Below, piece by piece: positions 25,528 through 34,358 of a stretch of 35,729 nucleotides of DNA (positions are counted from its first letter, which is position 1; each line of letters starts with the position of its first letter). Origin of the DNA: Ohtaekwangia sp. (GTDB taxonomy: Bacteria; Bacteroidota; Bacteroidia; Cytophagales; Cyclobacteriaceae); assembly GCA_035628815.1 (NCBI GenBank), contig DASPJC010000293.1, positions 1-35,729 of the forward strand, read 5' to 3'. The position numbers and the translations under genes are program-made. Below the pieces are notes generated by a model. The model did not search any database, had not been told where the DNA came from, and saw only the letters and a list, made by a program, of their open reading frames with translations.

Positions 25528-26787
25528 ATGAAAAATTTCATCATTATTGTGCTGTTGGCTTTCGTTTCGCCTGCGCGGGCGCAACAAACTGTTCCGCTGA
25601 CGCTGGCGGATTGTCATGCGAAAGCAGAAGCCAATTATCCGCTCGTGCGTCAGCGCGAACTCATTCAAAAGAGCGGGGAGTTTTCAATCAGCAATGCGTC
25701 GAAAGGACGATTGCCGCAGCTGATGATTGCAGGACAATACACGACGCAATCCGATGTTACGGGGCTGCCGGTTCAATTGCCTGGCGTTGACGTTCCCACA
25801 TTAAGTAAGGAACAGTATAAAGTTTATGGCGAGGTAACCCTTCCGCTATACGATGGTGGTGTAGTAAAGTACCAGAAGCAGGCGCATGAAGCAGGCACAA
25901 GAGCAGAGGCGCAGAAACTGGAGGTTGAACTGTATCAATTAAAAGACCGGATCAACCAGCTGTTTTTCGGTATCCTGCTGCTGGATGAACAGCTGAAGCA
26001 AAACGATCTTCTCAAAGAAGACATTCAGCGGGGCATACTAAAAACCGAGGCGGCTATCGAAAATGGAACGGCTTTCAGAAGCAGTGCCGACGTGTTGCGG
26101 GCTGAATTGCTCAGGGCGGGCCAGCATACGGTAGCGCTCGCGACAGTCCGGTCAGCGTACATCACCATGCTATCCCGGTTTACAGGTATCGATACGGGCA
26201 ATCTGGTGCTGGAGAAACCGCAACAAATTGTTCTTCGTCCCGGGATCAACCGCCCCGAGATGTCGCTTTTTCACTTCCAGGAACAAACGCTGGACGTGCA
26301 GGACCGGATGCTGGCATCGCGCAATCTTCCGCGGCTTAACGCTTTTGTGCAGGCAGGTTATGGCCGGCCCGCACTCAATATGCTGAGCAATGATCTGGAT
26401 TCGTACTACATCGGCGGTCTGCGGTTAACCTGGAATCTCACCGGACACTACACGCATAAAAAAGAAAAGGCTTTGCTCGACCTTCAGCGCGACAACATCG
26501 CCCTTCAGAAAGAGACCTTTCTTTTCAACACCGATCTTTCGGTCCACCAGCAAAATGCCGAAGTCGTAAAGTTTCAGCAACTCCTTGCTTCGGACGAAGC
26601 GATCATTGCGCTCCGCGCCAGTATTAAAAACACCGCTGTCGTGCAACTGGAGAATGGCGTGATCAGTCCCAATGATTACCTGAAGGAAGCTTCTGCCGAA
26701 GACCAGGCCAGGCTCTCCAAGATCCAGCACGAAATTCAATTACTGCTGGCGCAGTACACACAACAAACGCTTACAGGCAATTTATAA
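25528..26787 (+). CDS. TolC family outer-membrane efflux protein
   Basis: Signal peptide ARA|Q; AEANYPL, PLYDGG, NRPEM, QLENGVI repeats; operon context. Start placed at MKNFII (25528). Confidence 0.92.
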   Translation: MKNFIIIVLLAFVSPARAQQTVPLTLADCHAKAEANYPLVRQRELIQKSGEFSISNASKGRLPQLMIAGQYTTQSDVTGLPVQLPGVDVPTLSKEQYKVYGEVTLPLYDGGVVKYQKQAHEAGTRAEAQKLEVELYQLKDRINQLFFGILLLDEQLKQNDLLKEDIQRGILKTEAAIENGTAFRSSADVLRAELLRAGQHTVALATVRSAYITMLSRFTGIDTGNLVLEKPQQIVLRPGINRPEMSLFHFQEQTLDVQDRMLASRNLPRLNAFVQAGYGRPALNMLSNDLDSYYIGGLRLTWNLTGHYTHKKEKALLDLQRDNIALQKETFLFNTDLSVHQQNAEVVKFQQLLASDEAIIALRASIKNTAVVQLENGVISPNDYLKEASAEDQARLSKIQHEIQLLLAQYTQQTLTGNL

Positions 26788-26805
26788 CACCACATCGATA
26801 TACGC

Positions 26806-27693
26806 ATGAAACCATCCATTATCACAATCGCAATCATTCTCCTCGCATCCTGTTCCGGCAAAGAAAATCCGTATGATGCAACTGGCACGTTCGAGGCTGT
26901 TGAAACCATTGTTCCTGCTGAAGTCGCCGGTACGATCCAGGTCTTCAATGTGTCCGAAGGGGTGTCTATCGCGAAAGGCGCTACCGTCGGATACATTGAC
27001 AGTATTCAGCTTTATCTAAAGAAAAAGCAGGTGCTGGCGCAGATCCGGTCGGTGCTGAGTAAGCGACCGGATGTAGCCACCCAGTTAGCTGCCCTCGAAG
27101 AGCAGCTTCGCCAGGCGGAAAAAGAAATGCAACGCATTGCCAGGCTCCTCAAATCCGATGCTGCCACGCAAAAGCAGTATGATGACGCGAGCACCCAGGT
27201 AAAAATTATCGAAAGGCAAATCGACGCGCAGACTTCCACGCTCGGCATTGCAACGGCGAGCCTGACAGAAGAGACACTGCCACTGCGGGTGCAGATTGAA
27301 CAGCTGAACGATCAGCTGAGCAAGTGCAGGATCGTCAATCCCGTGGCCGGAACGGTGCTGACGAAATACGCTGAGGCGTATGAGATGACCGCTGTCGGAA
27401 AGCCACTTTATAAGATCGCAGACCTGTCGACCATCATCCTCAGAGCATATGTTACCGGTGAGCAATTGCCTGGTTTAAAGTTAGGACAACCTGTAACGGT
27501 GTTGACGGATCAGCCCGATGACGCTTATAAGGAGTACCCGGGCACTGTCACCTGGATCAGCGACAAGGCAGAATTTACACCGAAGACTATCCAGACAAAG
27601 GATGAACGCGCCAACCTGGTTTATGCTGTGAAGATCAGCGTGAAGAATGATGGTCAATTGAAGATTGGAATGTACGGCGAGGTAAAGCTTTAA
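26806..27693 (+). CDS. HlyD family periplasmic adaptor (YbhG-like) lipoprotein
   Basis: Lipobox LLAS|C; ATGTFEA, AEFTPKTIQTKDERANLVYAVK, LKIGMYGEV. Confidence 0.94.
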   Translation: MKPSIITIAIILLASCSGKENPYDATGTFEAVETIVPAEVAGTIQVFNVSEGVSIAKGATVGYIDSIQLYLKKKQVLAQIRSVLSKRPDVATQLAALEEQLRQAEKEMQRIARLLKSDAATQKQYDDASTQVKIIERQIDAQTSTLGIATASLTEETLPLRVQIEQLNDQLSKCRIVNPVAGTVLTKYAEAYEMTAVGKPLYKIADLSTIILRAYVTGEQLPGLKLGQPVTVLTDQPDDAYKEYPGTVTWISDKAEFTPKTIQTKDERANLVYAVKISVKNDGQLKIGMYGEVKL

Positions 27694-27696
27694 GCT

Positions 27697-28632
27697 ATGA
27701 ATGCGGTAGTGGTAGATTGTATTTCAAAGGTGTACGGCAGAACCAGTGTCCCCGCCGTCGACCAGGTTTCGTTCACGGTCAGCAAGGGTGACATCTTCGG
27801 GCTGATCGGTCCGGATGGTGCCGGCAAGACCACGCTTTTCCGGATCCTTACAACGCTGCTGCTACCGGATGGAGGTACGGCAAAAGTTGATGGCTTTGAC
27901 GTCGAAAAAGATCTCTGGGAGATCCGGCGGACAGTGGGATACATGCCCGGGAAATTTTCGCTGTACCAGGATCTGACCATCGCAGAAAATCTGAATTTTT
28001 TTGCCACGGTATTCGGAACGACTGTCCGCGAGAACTACCATTTGATCCGGGATATTTATGTTCAGATCGAGCGATTCAAGGATCGCAGGGCCGGAAAACT
28101 ATCCGGTGGTATGAAACAGAAACTCGCATTGTGCTGTGCGCTGATCCATAAACCAACCGTATTGTTCCTCGATGAACCGACAACCGGGGTAGATCCGGTG
28201 TCGCGGAAGGAATTCTGGGAGATGCTGAAAAAGCTTAAGGCTGAAGGCATTACGATCGTCGTATCAACGCCTTACATGGATGAAGCGGCGCTGTGCGACA
28301 GGATTGCGCTGATGGCAGGTGGAAAATTACTTTCAATAGACAGCCCCGGCAATATCGCCAGTGCATACCCCGGCAAGCTGTATGCCGTGAAAGGCGACGA
28401 CATGTACAAGCTTTTAAAGCTATTGGCTTTGTATGAACACACCGTCGACAGTTATGCTTTCGGTGAATACGCGCATGCATCATTCCGGAACAATGATAAC
28501 AATGCGGTGCTACGCTACCTTGAAACGCATGGGGTTCACGATGTCGTCATCGCGCCGGTGAAGCCCGGCATTGAAGACTGTTTCATTAAACTTTTACAGA
28601 ACTGGGATGGCGACCGTGATACAGACCAATAA
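27697..28632 (+). CDS. ABC-2 type transporter ATP-binding protein
   Basis: GPDGAGKTT, LSGGMKQK, LDEPTTGVDP. Confidence 0.95.
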   Translation: MNAVVVDCISKVYGRTSVPAVDQVSFTVSKGDIFGLIGPDGAGKTTLFRILTTLLLPDGGTAKVDGFDVEKDLWEIRRTVGYMPGKFSLYQDLTIAENLNFFATVFGTTVRENYHLIRDIYVQIERFKDRRAGKLSGGMKQKLALCCALIHKPTVLFLDEPTTGVDPVSRKEFWEMLKKLKAEGITIVVSTPYMDEAALCDRIALMAGGKLLSIDSPGNIASAYPGKLYAVKGDDMYKLLKLLALYEHTVDSYAFGEYAHASFRNNDNNAVLRYLETHGVHDVVIAPVKPGIEDCFIKLLQNWDGDRDTDQ

Positions 28633-29344
28633 GCTCACGAAAAGATACGGCAGTTTTACGGCGGCCGACGCGATAACCTTCGAGGTTCAGCAGGGCGAGA
28701 TCTTCGGGTTTTTAGGCGCGAATGGCGCGGGAAAAACGACGGCGATGCGCATGCTGTGCGGGTTGTCAATACCAACGTCCGGTGAGGCGACGATCGCGGG
28801 ATTTGACATCTACAAACAGACCGAGCAGATCAAAAAGAATATCGGGTACATGAGCCAGAAATTCTCGCTCTACGATGATCTGACGGTCACTGAAAACATC
28901 AGTTTTTTCGGTGGTATATACGGACTGAGCAATGTACAGCTGAAGCGCAAACGCGACGAACTGATAACCCGGCTTGGCCTTGGGCAGGAAGCCAATAAAC
29001 TTGTCGCTTCCCTGCCATTGGGTTGGAAACAGAAACTTTCATTTTCTGTTGCAGTACTGCATGAGCCGAAGGTCGTGTTTCTCGATGAGCCTACCGGGGG
29101 CGTTGACCCGGTGACACGCCGGCAATTCTGGGACCTTATCTACGAGGCCTCGGCGGGCGGCGTGACCATTTTTGTGACGACCCATTATATGGATGAAGCG
29201 GAGTATTGCAACCGTATCTCCATCATGGTAGATGGCCGCATCGAAGCGCTTGATACGCCCCGACGTCTCAAGGAACGGTTTCGGGTATCAACGATGGACG
29301 ATGTATTTTATCAACTGGCCCGCGGCGCCAAACGCGGCGATTAA
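28607..29344 (+). CDS. ABC-2 type transporter ATP-binding protein
   Basis: GANGAGKTT, LPLGWKQK, LDEPTGGVDP, TTHYMDEAE. Start placed at MATVIQ (28607). Confidence 0.95.
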   Translation: MATVIQTNKLTKRYGSFTAADAITFEVQQGEIFGFLGANGAGKTTAMRMLCGLSIPTSGEATIAGFDIYKQTEQIKKNIGYMSQKFSLYDDLTVTENISFFGGIYGLSNVQLKRKRDELITRLGLGQEANKLVASLPLGWKQKLSFSVAVLHEPKVVFLDEPTGGVDPVTRRQFWDLIYEASAGGVTIFVTTHYMDEAEYCNRISIMVDGRIEALDTPRRLKERFRVSTMDDVFYQLARGAKRGD

Positions 29345-29354
29345 AACAAGTACT

Positions 29355-30461
29355 ATGAAACAGTTCATCGTCTTTGTGCGGAAAGAATTCGCGCACGTTT
29401 TACGGGACCGGAAAACGCTGCTGATCTTATTCGGCATGCCGGTCGTACAAATTCTCATCTTCGGTTTCGCATTAACAAACGAAGTGAAGAATGCGAAGAT
29501 CGTTATCGCCGACTATGCGAAAGACCCGGCCGCGCAGCAGATCATTTCAAAGATTGAAGCCAGCCGGTATTTCGAAGTAGAACGTTCCGTCATGCGGGCC
29601 GCGGAAATCGAGGATGCTTTCCGTCAAGGACGGATAAAACTGGCGGTGGTATTTCCCCTGAATTTCAACCACGCGTTGCTACACGAGAACAGTGCTTCCA
29701 TACAGGTAATCGCCGATGCATCTGATCCGAATGCCGCAACGACGTTGTCCAACTATCTGAACGCCATCGTGCAGGATTATCAAACGGACATGAACCAGAA
29801 TTTATCGGTTCCTTATCGCATCATCACGGAAACGCGGATGCTGTATAATCCCCAGTTAAAAGGCGTTCATAATTTTGTGCCGGGAGTGATGGCGCTCGTC
29901 CTGATGCTGGTATGCGTGATGATGACAGCAATCTCCATCGTCCGGGAGAAGGAAAACGGTACGATGGAGGTTCTGCTCGTCTCGCCATTTAAACCGTTGC
30001 TGGTGATCCTTTCGAAGGCGGTGCCTTACCTGCTGCTTTCGTTGGTGAATGTGACAACCATCCTGTTGCTGAGCGTTTTTGTTCTTAAGCTGCCGGTCAA
30101 CGGTAGTATTATGCTGCTCTACGCTGAGAGCATTCTTTTCATCATTACCTGTCTTGCTGTCGGGATTTTTATTTCAGTGAGGACGAATTCCCAACAGGTG
30201 GCGATGTTGATTTCACTGATGGGCATGATGCTGCCAACGATTCTTTTCAGCGGCTTTATGTTTCCCATTGAAAACATGCCCCGCGCGCTTCAACTGATCT
30301 CCAACATTGTTCCTGCGAAATGGTACTACATCATTGTGAAGTCGATCATGATCAAGGGCCTGGGTTTTTCCGCCATCTGGAAAGAAAGCCTGATACTCGC
30401 CGGTATCACCTTATTTCTCCTGGGTGTGAGTTTGAAGAGTTTTAAAATACGCCTCGCATGA
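29355..30461 (+). CDS. ABC-2 type transporter permease (YbhS-like)
   Basis: KEFAHVLRD, YNPQL, SIVREKENGTMEVLL, SGFMFPIENMP. Start placed at MKQFIV (29355). Confidence 0.94.
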   Translation: MKQFIVFVRKEFAHVLRDRKTLLILFGMPVVQILIFGFALTNEVKNAKIVIADYAKDPAAQQIISKIEASRYFEVERSVMRAAEIEDAFRQGRIKLAVVFPLNFNHALLHENSASIQVIADASDPNAATTLSNYLNAIVQDYQTDMNQNLSVPYRIITETRMLYNPQLKGVHNFVPGVMALVLMLVCVMMTAISIVREKENGTMEVLLVSPFKPLLVILSKAVPYLLLSLVNVTTILLLSVFVLKLPVNGSIMLLYAESILFIITCLAVGIFISVRTNSQQVAMLISLMGMMLPTILFSGFMFPIENMPRALQLISNIVPAKWYYIIVKSIMIKGLGFSAIWKESLILAGITLFLLGVSLKSFKIRLA

Positions 30462-31576
30462 GAACCATACGATTTTTATTGCAGAAAGAATTCAGGCAGA
30501 TATTCCGGAACAAGACCATCCTGGCAATGATCCTGGTCATGCCGTCTGTACAGCTTATCGTACTGCCCCTGGCGGCAGATTATGAGATCAAAAATATTAA
30601 CATCGCGATTGTCGATAATGACCGGTCGCCTTATTCGGCAAGGTTGACTTCAGCCATCGTAGCGTCCGGGTACTTCCGGTTGACCCATCATGGTACTTCT
30701 TATCCGGAAGGGTTTCAGGCGATCGAGACGGATGCGGCTGACCTGGTGCTTGAAATACCCGCGGGGTTTGAACGAAATCTTGTCCGCGAAGAAGAAGAGA
30801 AAGTTCTGGTTGCGGTGAATGCGATCAACGGAATGAAGGCCAACCTGGGCGGCGCGTACCTCGCGAGCATTATCCGTAACTTTAATCGTGACATCCGGGC
30901 GGAGCTTGTCGGCCCGCAAACGGTGAACCCCTTCCCGGCGGTCGAAGTTGTGTCCCTGAACCGGTTCAACACACAGCTGAACTATCGCGTTTTCATGGTT
31001 CCCGGGATTCTTGCCATACTCGTAACCATGATCGGTGGTTTTCTTTCCGTGCTGAACATTGTGAAAGAGAAAGAGGCCGGTACCATTGAGCAGATCAATG
31101 TAACGCCGATCCGCAAGCATCATTTTATCCTGGGCAAGCTTATTCCATTCTGGGTGCTGGGAAATGTCGTGTTCACGATCGGTCTTTGTATAGCCTGGCT
31201 GATCTACGGTATTGTGCCTTTGGGGAACATCGCGGTAATGTACTGCTTTGTAGCGCTTTACCTCCTTTGTGTGCTGGGGTTGGGACTACTCGTTTCGACC
31301 TTTTGTGAGACGCAGCAGCAGGCGATGTTCATCATGTTCTTTTTTATGATGGTATTCATACTCATGGGAGGTTTGTTCACTTCCACCGACAGCATGCCGG
31401 GATGGGCCAGGATCGTATCGGAGATCAATCCTGTGACGCACCTGATCGAAGTTATGCGGATGGTCATGTTGAAGGGCAGTGGATTGACGGACGTACTGCG
31501 GCACATGGCCGTGGTCGCCATACTTGCCGTCATCTTTAACACCTGGGCGATTTTAAACTATAGAAAAACGACCTGA
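30458..31576 (+). CDS. ABC-2 type transporter permease (YbhR-like)
   Basis: KEFRQIFR, VKEKEAGTIEQINVTP, GLFTSTDSMP; ATGA overlap with the previous gene. Confidence 0.94.
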   Translation: MRTIRFLLQKEFRQIFRNKTILAMILVMPSVQLIVLPLAADYEIKNINIAIVDNDRSPYSARLTSAIVASGYFRLTHHGTSYPEGFQAIETDAADLVLEIPAGFERNLVREEEEKVLVAVNAINGMKANLGGAYLASIIRNFNRDIRAELVGPQTVNPFPAVEVVSLNRFNTQLNYRVFMVPGILAILVTMIGGFLSVLNIVKEKEAGTIEQINVTPIRKHHFILGKLIPFWVLGNVVFTIGLCIAWLIYGIVPLGNIAVMYCFVALYLLCVLGLGLLVSTFCETQQQAMFIMFFFMMVFILMGGLFTSTDSMPGWARIVSEINPVTHLIEVMRMVMLKGSGLTDVLRHMAVVAILAVIFNTWAILNYRKTT

Positions 31577-31646
31577 CAGGTAACAAGAAGGGCCCGGTCG
31601 CCGTATGCAAAATCGGTCTGCAAAATGATTCTGGAAAAAATCGGGA

Positions 31647-33005
31647 ATGTCTGAACTTCTTTTAAAATATTTTAGTCTGTACAACGACACCAAAATAAAG
31701 AATTTGCGCGTTTCTACTGGCATTTCCGAAGTGATCACCGATTTTGAAGGAGAGGAAGCGAAAAGCGAGTTCCAACGTTCATATTTGTTGGTTGCGTTGT
31801 TCACGCTGATCTTCCTGGCGTCGATCGTGAATTTTTTTCTGATCACGGACAGCATCGCCCAATTTTATGGTGGCATTGCCACGTTCATGATCATTCTTTC
31901 CTGTGTCGTCTTGTTTCTGGTGTATCAGATCGCCGTGCTGATCTACCTGAAGAACAAGATCGCTTTGCGGAAAAAGACATCAAAACTTTTCAAGATCGTC
32001 CATGCGCTGATCGAAACAAGCTTTCCGACGGCCGTGGTGTTCTATATGATGTATGAGTTTGACATGCTGTCGTTTATCGATTCGCCGGTCATTATGACGT
32101 ACTTCCTGTTCATAATTCTTTCTGTTCTCCACCTCGATTTCAGCGTCAGCCTGCTGACCGGGCTTTTTGCGGCGGCACAATATTGCCTGCTGACATATTA
32201 CGGCTTTCATTTTGTCGATGCGCCACCGTTGTACCAGTCGCCCGCGCCGGAGAACTCTTATTATGTCCGTTCCGTGATTTTGATATTTTGTGGAATAGGC
32301 GCTGCCTTTGTGTCGGCCGAGTTGCGCAACCGGATCAGGACGGCCTTCAATTCACAACAGGATCGCAACAGGCTTGAGCTGTTGTTCGGACAGCACGTTT
32401 CGCGCGAGGTATCGCGTGCGCTGATTGAAGGAACCGGTGCGACGAAGCGACTCGAAGCAACGGTGATGTTTGTGGATGTCCGGAATTTTACGGCCTTTGC
32501 CGATGTACACACCGCAGAAGAAGTAATTGATTATCAGAACAAATTTCTTGGCCCCGTGATCGATATTATCAATCAGCACCAGGGCGTTGTCTTCCAGATC
32601 CTTGGCGACGGATTGATGGCATGTTTTGGGTCGCCTGTAGAAAATGTACTGCACGCGGACATGGCGTTCCAGGCAAGCGTGGAAATACTCAAACGCATTC
32701 AGTATGATTCGGATAATGGCATCATCCCGTCAACAACGATCGGAATCGGGCTGCACAGCGGCGAAATGGTTACGGGCAATATTGGGAATGAGCAACGAAA
32801 ACAATTTTCAATCAGCGGAACGCCGGTTATCGTGGCTTCCCGCATCGAACAGCTCAACAAAAAATACGACTCGCAGTTCCTGATCTCCGGTGAAGTGTTG
32901 AATCGTGTCGCGCCCGGCAAAATGAACGTTTCGTATCTCGGTGAAGAACCGCTTCGTGGTATTGGCAAACCGGTCGAAGTATACAAGGTGGATTTTACAA
33001 GGTAA
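31647..33005 (+). CDS. Membrane-bound class III nucleotide cyclase (adenylate/guanylate cyclase family), about 6 TM
   Basis: Six hydrophobic segments, then FGQHVS, TVMFVDVRNFT (D277), QILGDGLMACFG (D321), IGIGLHSG...GNIG, ASRIEQLNK. Confidence 0.92.
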   Translation: MSELLLKYFSLYNDTKIKNLRVSTGISEVITDFEGEEAKSEFQRSYLLVALFTLIFLASIVNFFLITDSIAQFYGGIATFMIILSCVVLFLVYQIAVLIYLKNKIALRKKTSKLFKIVHALIETSFPTAVVFYMMYEFDMLSFIDSPVIMTYFLFIILSVLHLDFSVSLLTGLFAAAQYCLLTYYGFHFVDAPPLYQSPAPENSYYVRSVILIFCGIGAAFVSAELRNRIRTAFNSQQDRNRLELLFGQHVSREVSRALIEGTGATKRLEATVMFVDVRNFTAFADVHTAEEVIDYQNKFLGPVIDIINQHQGVVFQILGDGLMACFGSPVENVLHADMAFQASVEILKRIQYDSDNGIIPSTTIGIGLHSGEMVTGNIGNEQRKQFSISGTPVIVASRIEQLNKKYDSQFLISGEVLNRVAPGKMNVSYLGEEPLRGIGKPVEVYKVDFTR

Positions 33006-34233
33006 AAAGGTCGTTCAGGCTATATGGCTGGTAGTTAGCAATCATCGCGATCAGAAAGACGATGATGGACGCCGTAAAACCAAACATGAAAAATGTGTAC
33101 GCCCGTCGCAGCCACTTGTACTTCCGCGCCAGCACCTTACCGAGGTAGTAGATATCCTTGATCATGCTGCCATAAAGGTATTCGTAGTCTTTCATCATCT
33201 CGCGCATACCCCATTCGTAATCTTTCAACTCCATTTTATGGAAGTTTCCGAAGAACAGCAGGTTCGCTTTCTTGTCTTCAATATCCTTAGGATTGAATTT
33301 ACCGGAGGTGACGTTTGGACGGGTGGCAAAAATCGCAAAGACAATGGTCACCAGGCAGGTCACCACCAGCATGAGGGTTGGGAGCAGGAGGTGCGGAAAC
33401 TCGCCAAGTTTCCGGAACAACACACTGACGATGATGGACAGAATAATAGTATTGATCGAGATCATGATATTGGCCTTGGTATCGGCCATGCCGCTGAAGG
33501 TCACATGATTTTCGGATGTCGTGCGAAACATTGTCTCGATCCCGCGATCGGGCCGGGCGCTTTTTTCAAGTTTTGCCCGAAGCTTTTCGATCTCTTTATT
33601 CAGTTTTTTTTTGGAATGGTGTCCAGCCTCTCCGTTGTTGCGGATCAGGTCTTTCAGCTTCTTGACATTCTCCTTCTTTAACGGCTGCAGTACATTTTTG
33701 CCGTAGTCGGTAAAATATTCGTGCTGTTTGTAGAAGTCGAGGTTATACCGGATCCATTCGGCGTCATTTTTGAAATGCATCTCCTTCACCGTGGCAAATT
33801 CCTGGCGAAGGCACTGATTCCGGTCGTCGGTGTTCTGCATGGCCAAGTGATGCAGATCGGCATCACACAATACCTGGCCCATTACGTCCTGGGGATTTTG
33901 CGGCATCTGCGTCGCCATGATCGTTCGCTGGACATCGGTTATTTTGTTTTCCGACGCTCCCCATGTGCGCAACAGGTTGGCCGCTGTGTCGGCAGAAGCT
34001 TTTTCATGTTGCTCGCCGCCCTGCATGTAACCGATATCATGAAGCCAGGCGGCCACGAGTACGGTCTCCAGCTGCTGGCCATTCAGTTGGGTTGCCGTAC
34101 CGATCTCCTCTGCAGCCCTGGCTACGTCCCGGGTATGCTGAAGGTTGTGAAAGACAAAATGCTCCGGCAGGTTCTGGCCCAATACCTCTTCGGCATATGC
34201 TTTTGCTTTCAGGACAAGTTCGGTTTCGACCAT
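32995..34233 (-). CDS. HD-domain protein fused to a Pycsar-effector-like (DUF5706/PycTM) membrane domain
   Basis: N-terminal HD: FHNLQHT, AAWLHDIGY (H65-D66), HE, LCDADL. C-terminal ADTKANIMISIN, two TM, LLFFGNF, KYKWLRRAY plus a third TM. Confidence 0.88.
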   Translation of the reverse strand: MVETELVLKAKAYAEEVLGQNLPEHFVFHNLQHTRDVARAAEEIGTATQLNGQQLETVLVAAWLHDIGYMQGGEQHEKASADTAANLLRTWGASENKITDVQRTIMATQMPQNPQDVMGQVLCDADLHHLAMQNTDDRNQCLRQEFATVKEMHFKNDAEWIRYNLDFYKQHEYFTDYGKNVLQPLKKENVKKLKDLIRNNGEAGHHSKKKLNKEIEKLRAKLEKSARPDRGIETMFRTTSENHVTFSGMADTKANIMISINTIILSIIVSVLFRKLGEFPHLLLPTLMLVVTCLVTIVFAIFATRPNVTSGKFNPKDIEDKKANLLFFGNFHKMELKDYEWGMREMMKDYEYLYGSMIKDIYYLGKVLARKYKWLRRAYTFFMFGFTASIIVFLIAMIANYQPYSLNDLFTL

Positions 34234-34358
34234 ATTTTTTTAGCCAGATTAAACTTAAAACTAAGAAATTTTATAATTAGTTTACCTTCAACGGGTCGCA
34301 TCCGTAGTAAGGTTACCCCATCGCGGGAATATTGAAAAACGATTGTAATAGTGAATGC

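Noticed and set aside
31647-34233. Calling the locus a canonical Pycsar defence system
   Set aside because: The genes are convergent, the cyclase is a 6-TM receptor type rather than a soluble PycC, the effector has an extra HD domain, and no other recognisable defence genes or mobile elements are adjacent. Kept only as Pycsar-related.
32941-34335. Long + strand ORFs (246 aa and 204 aa) opposite the HD/Pycsar gene
   Set aside because: Antisense shadows of a gene with clear motifs; no recognisable features of their own.
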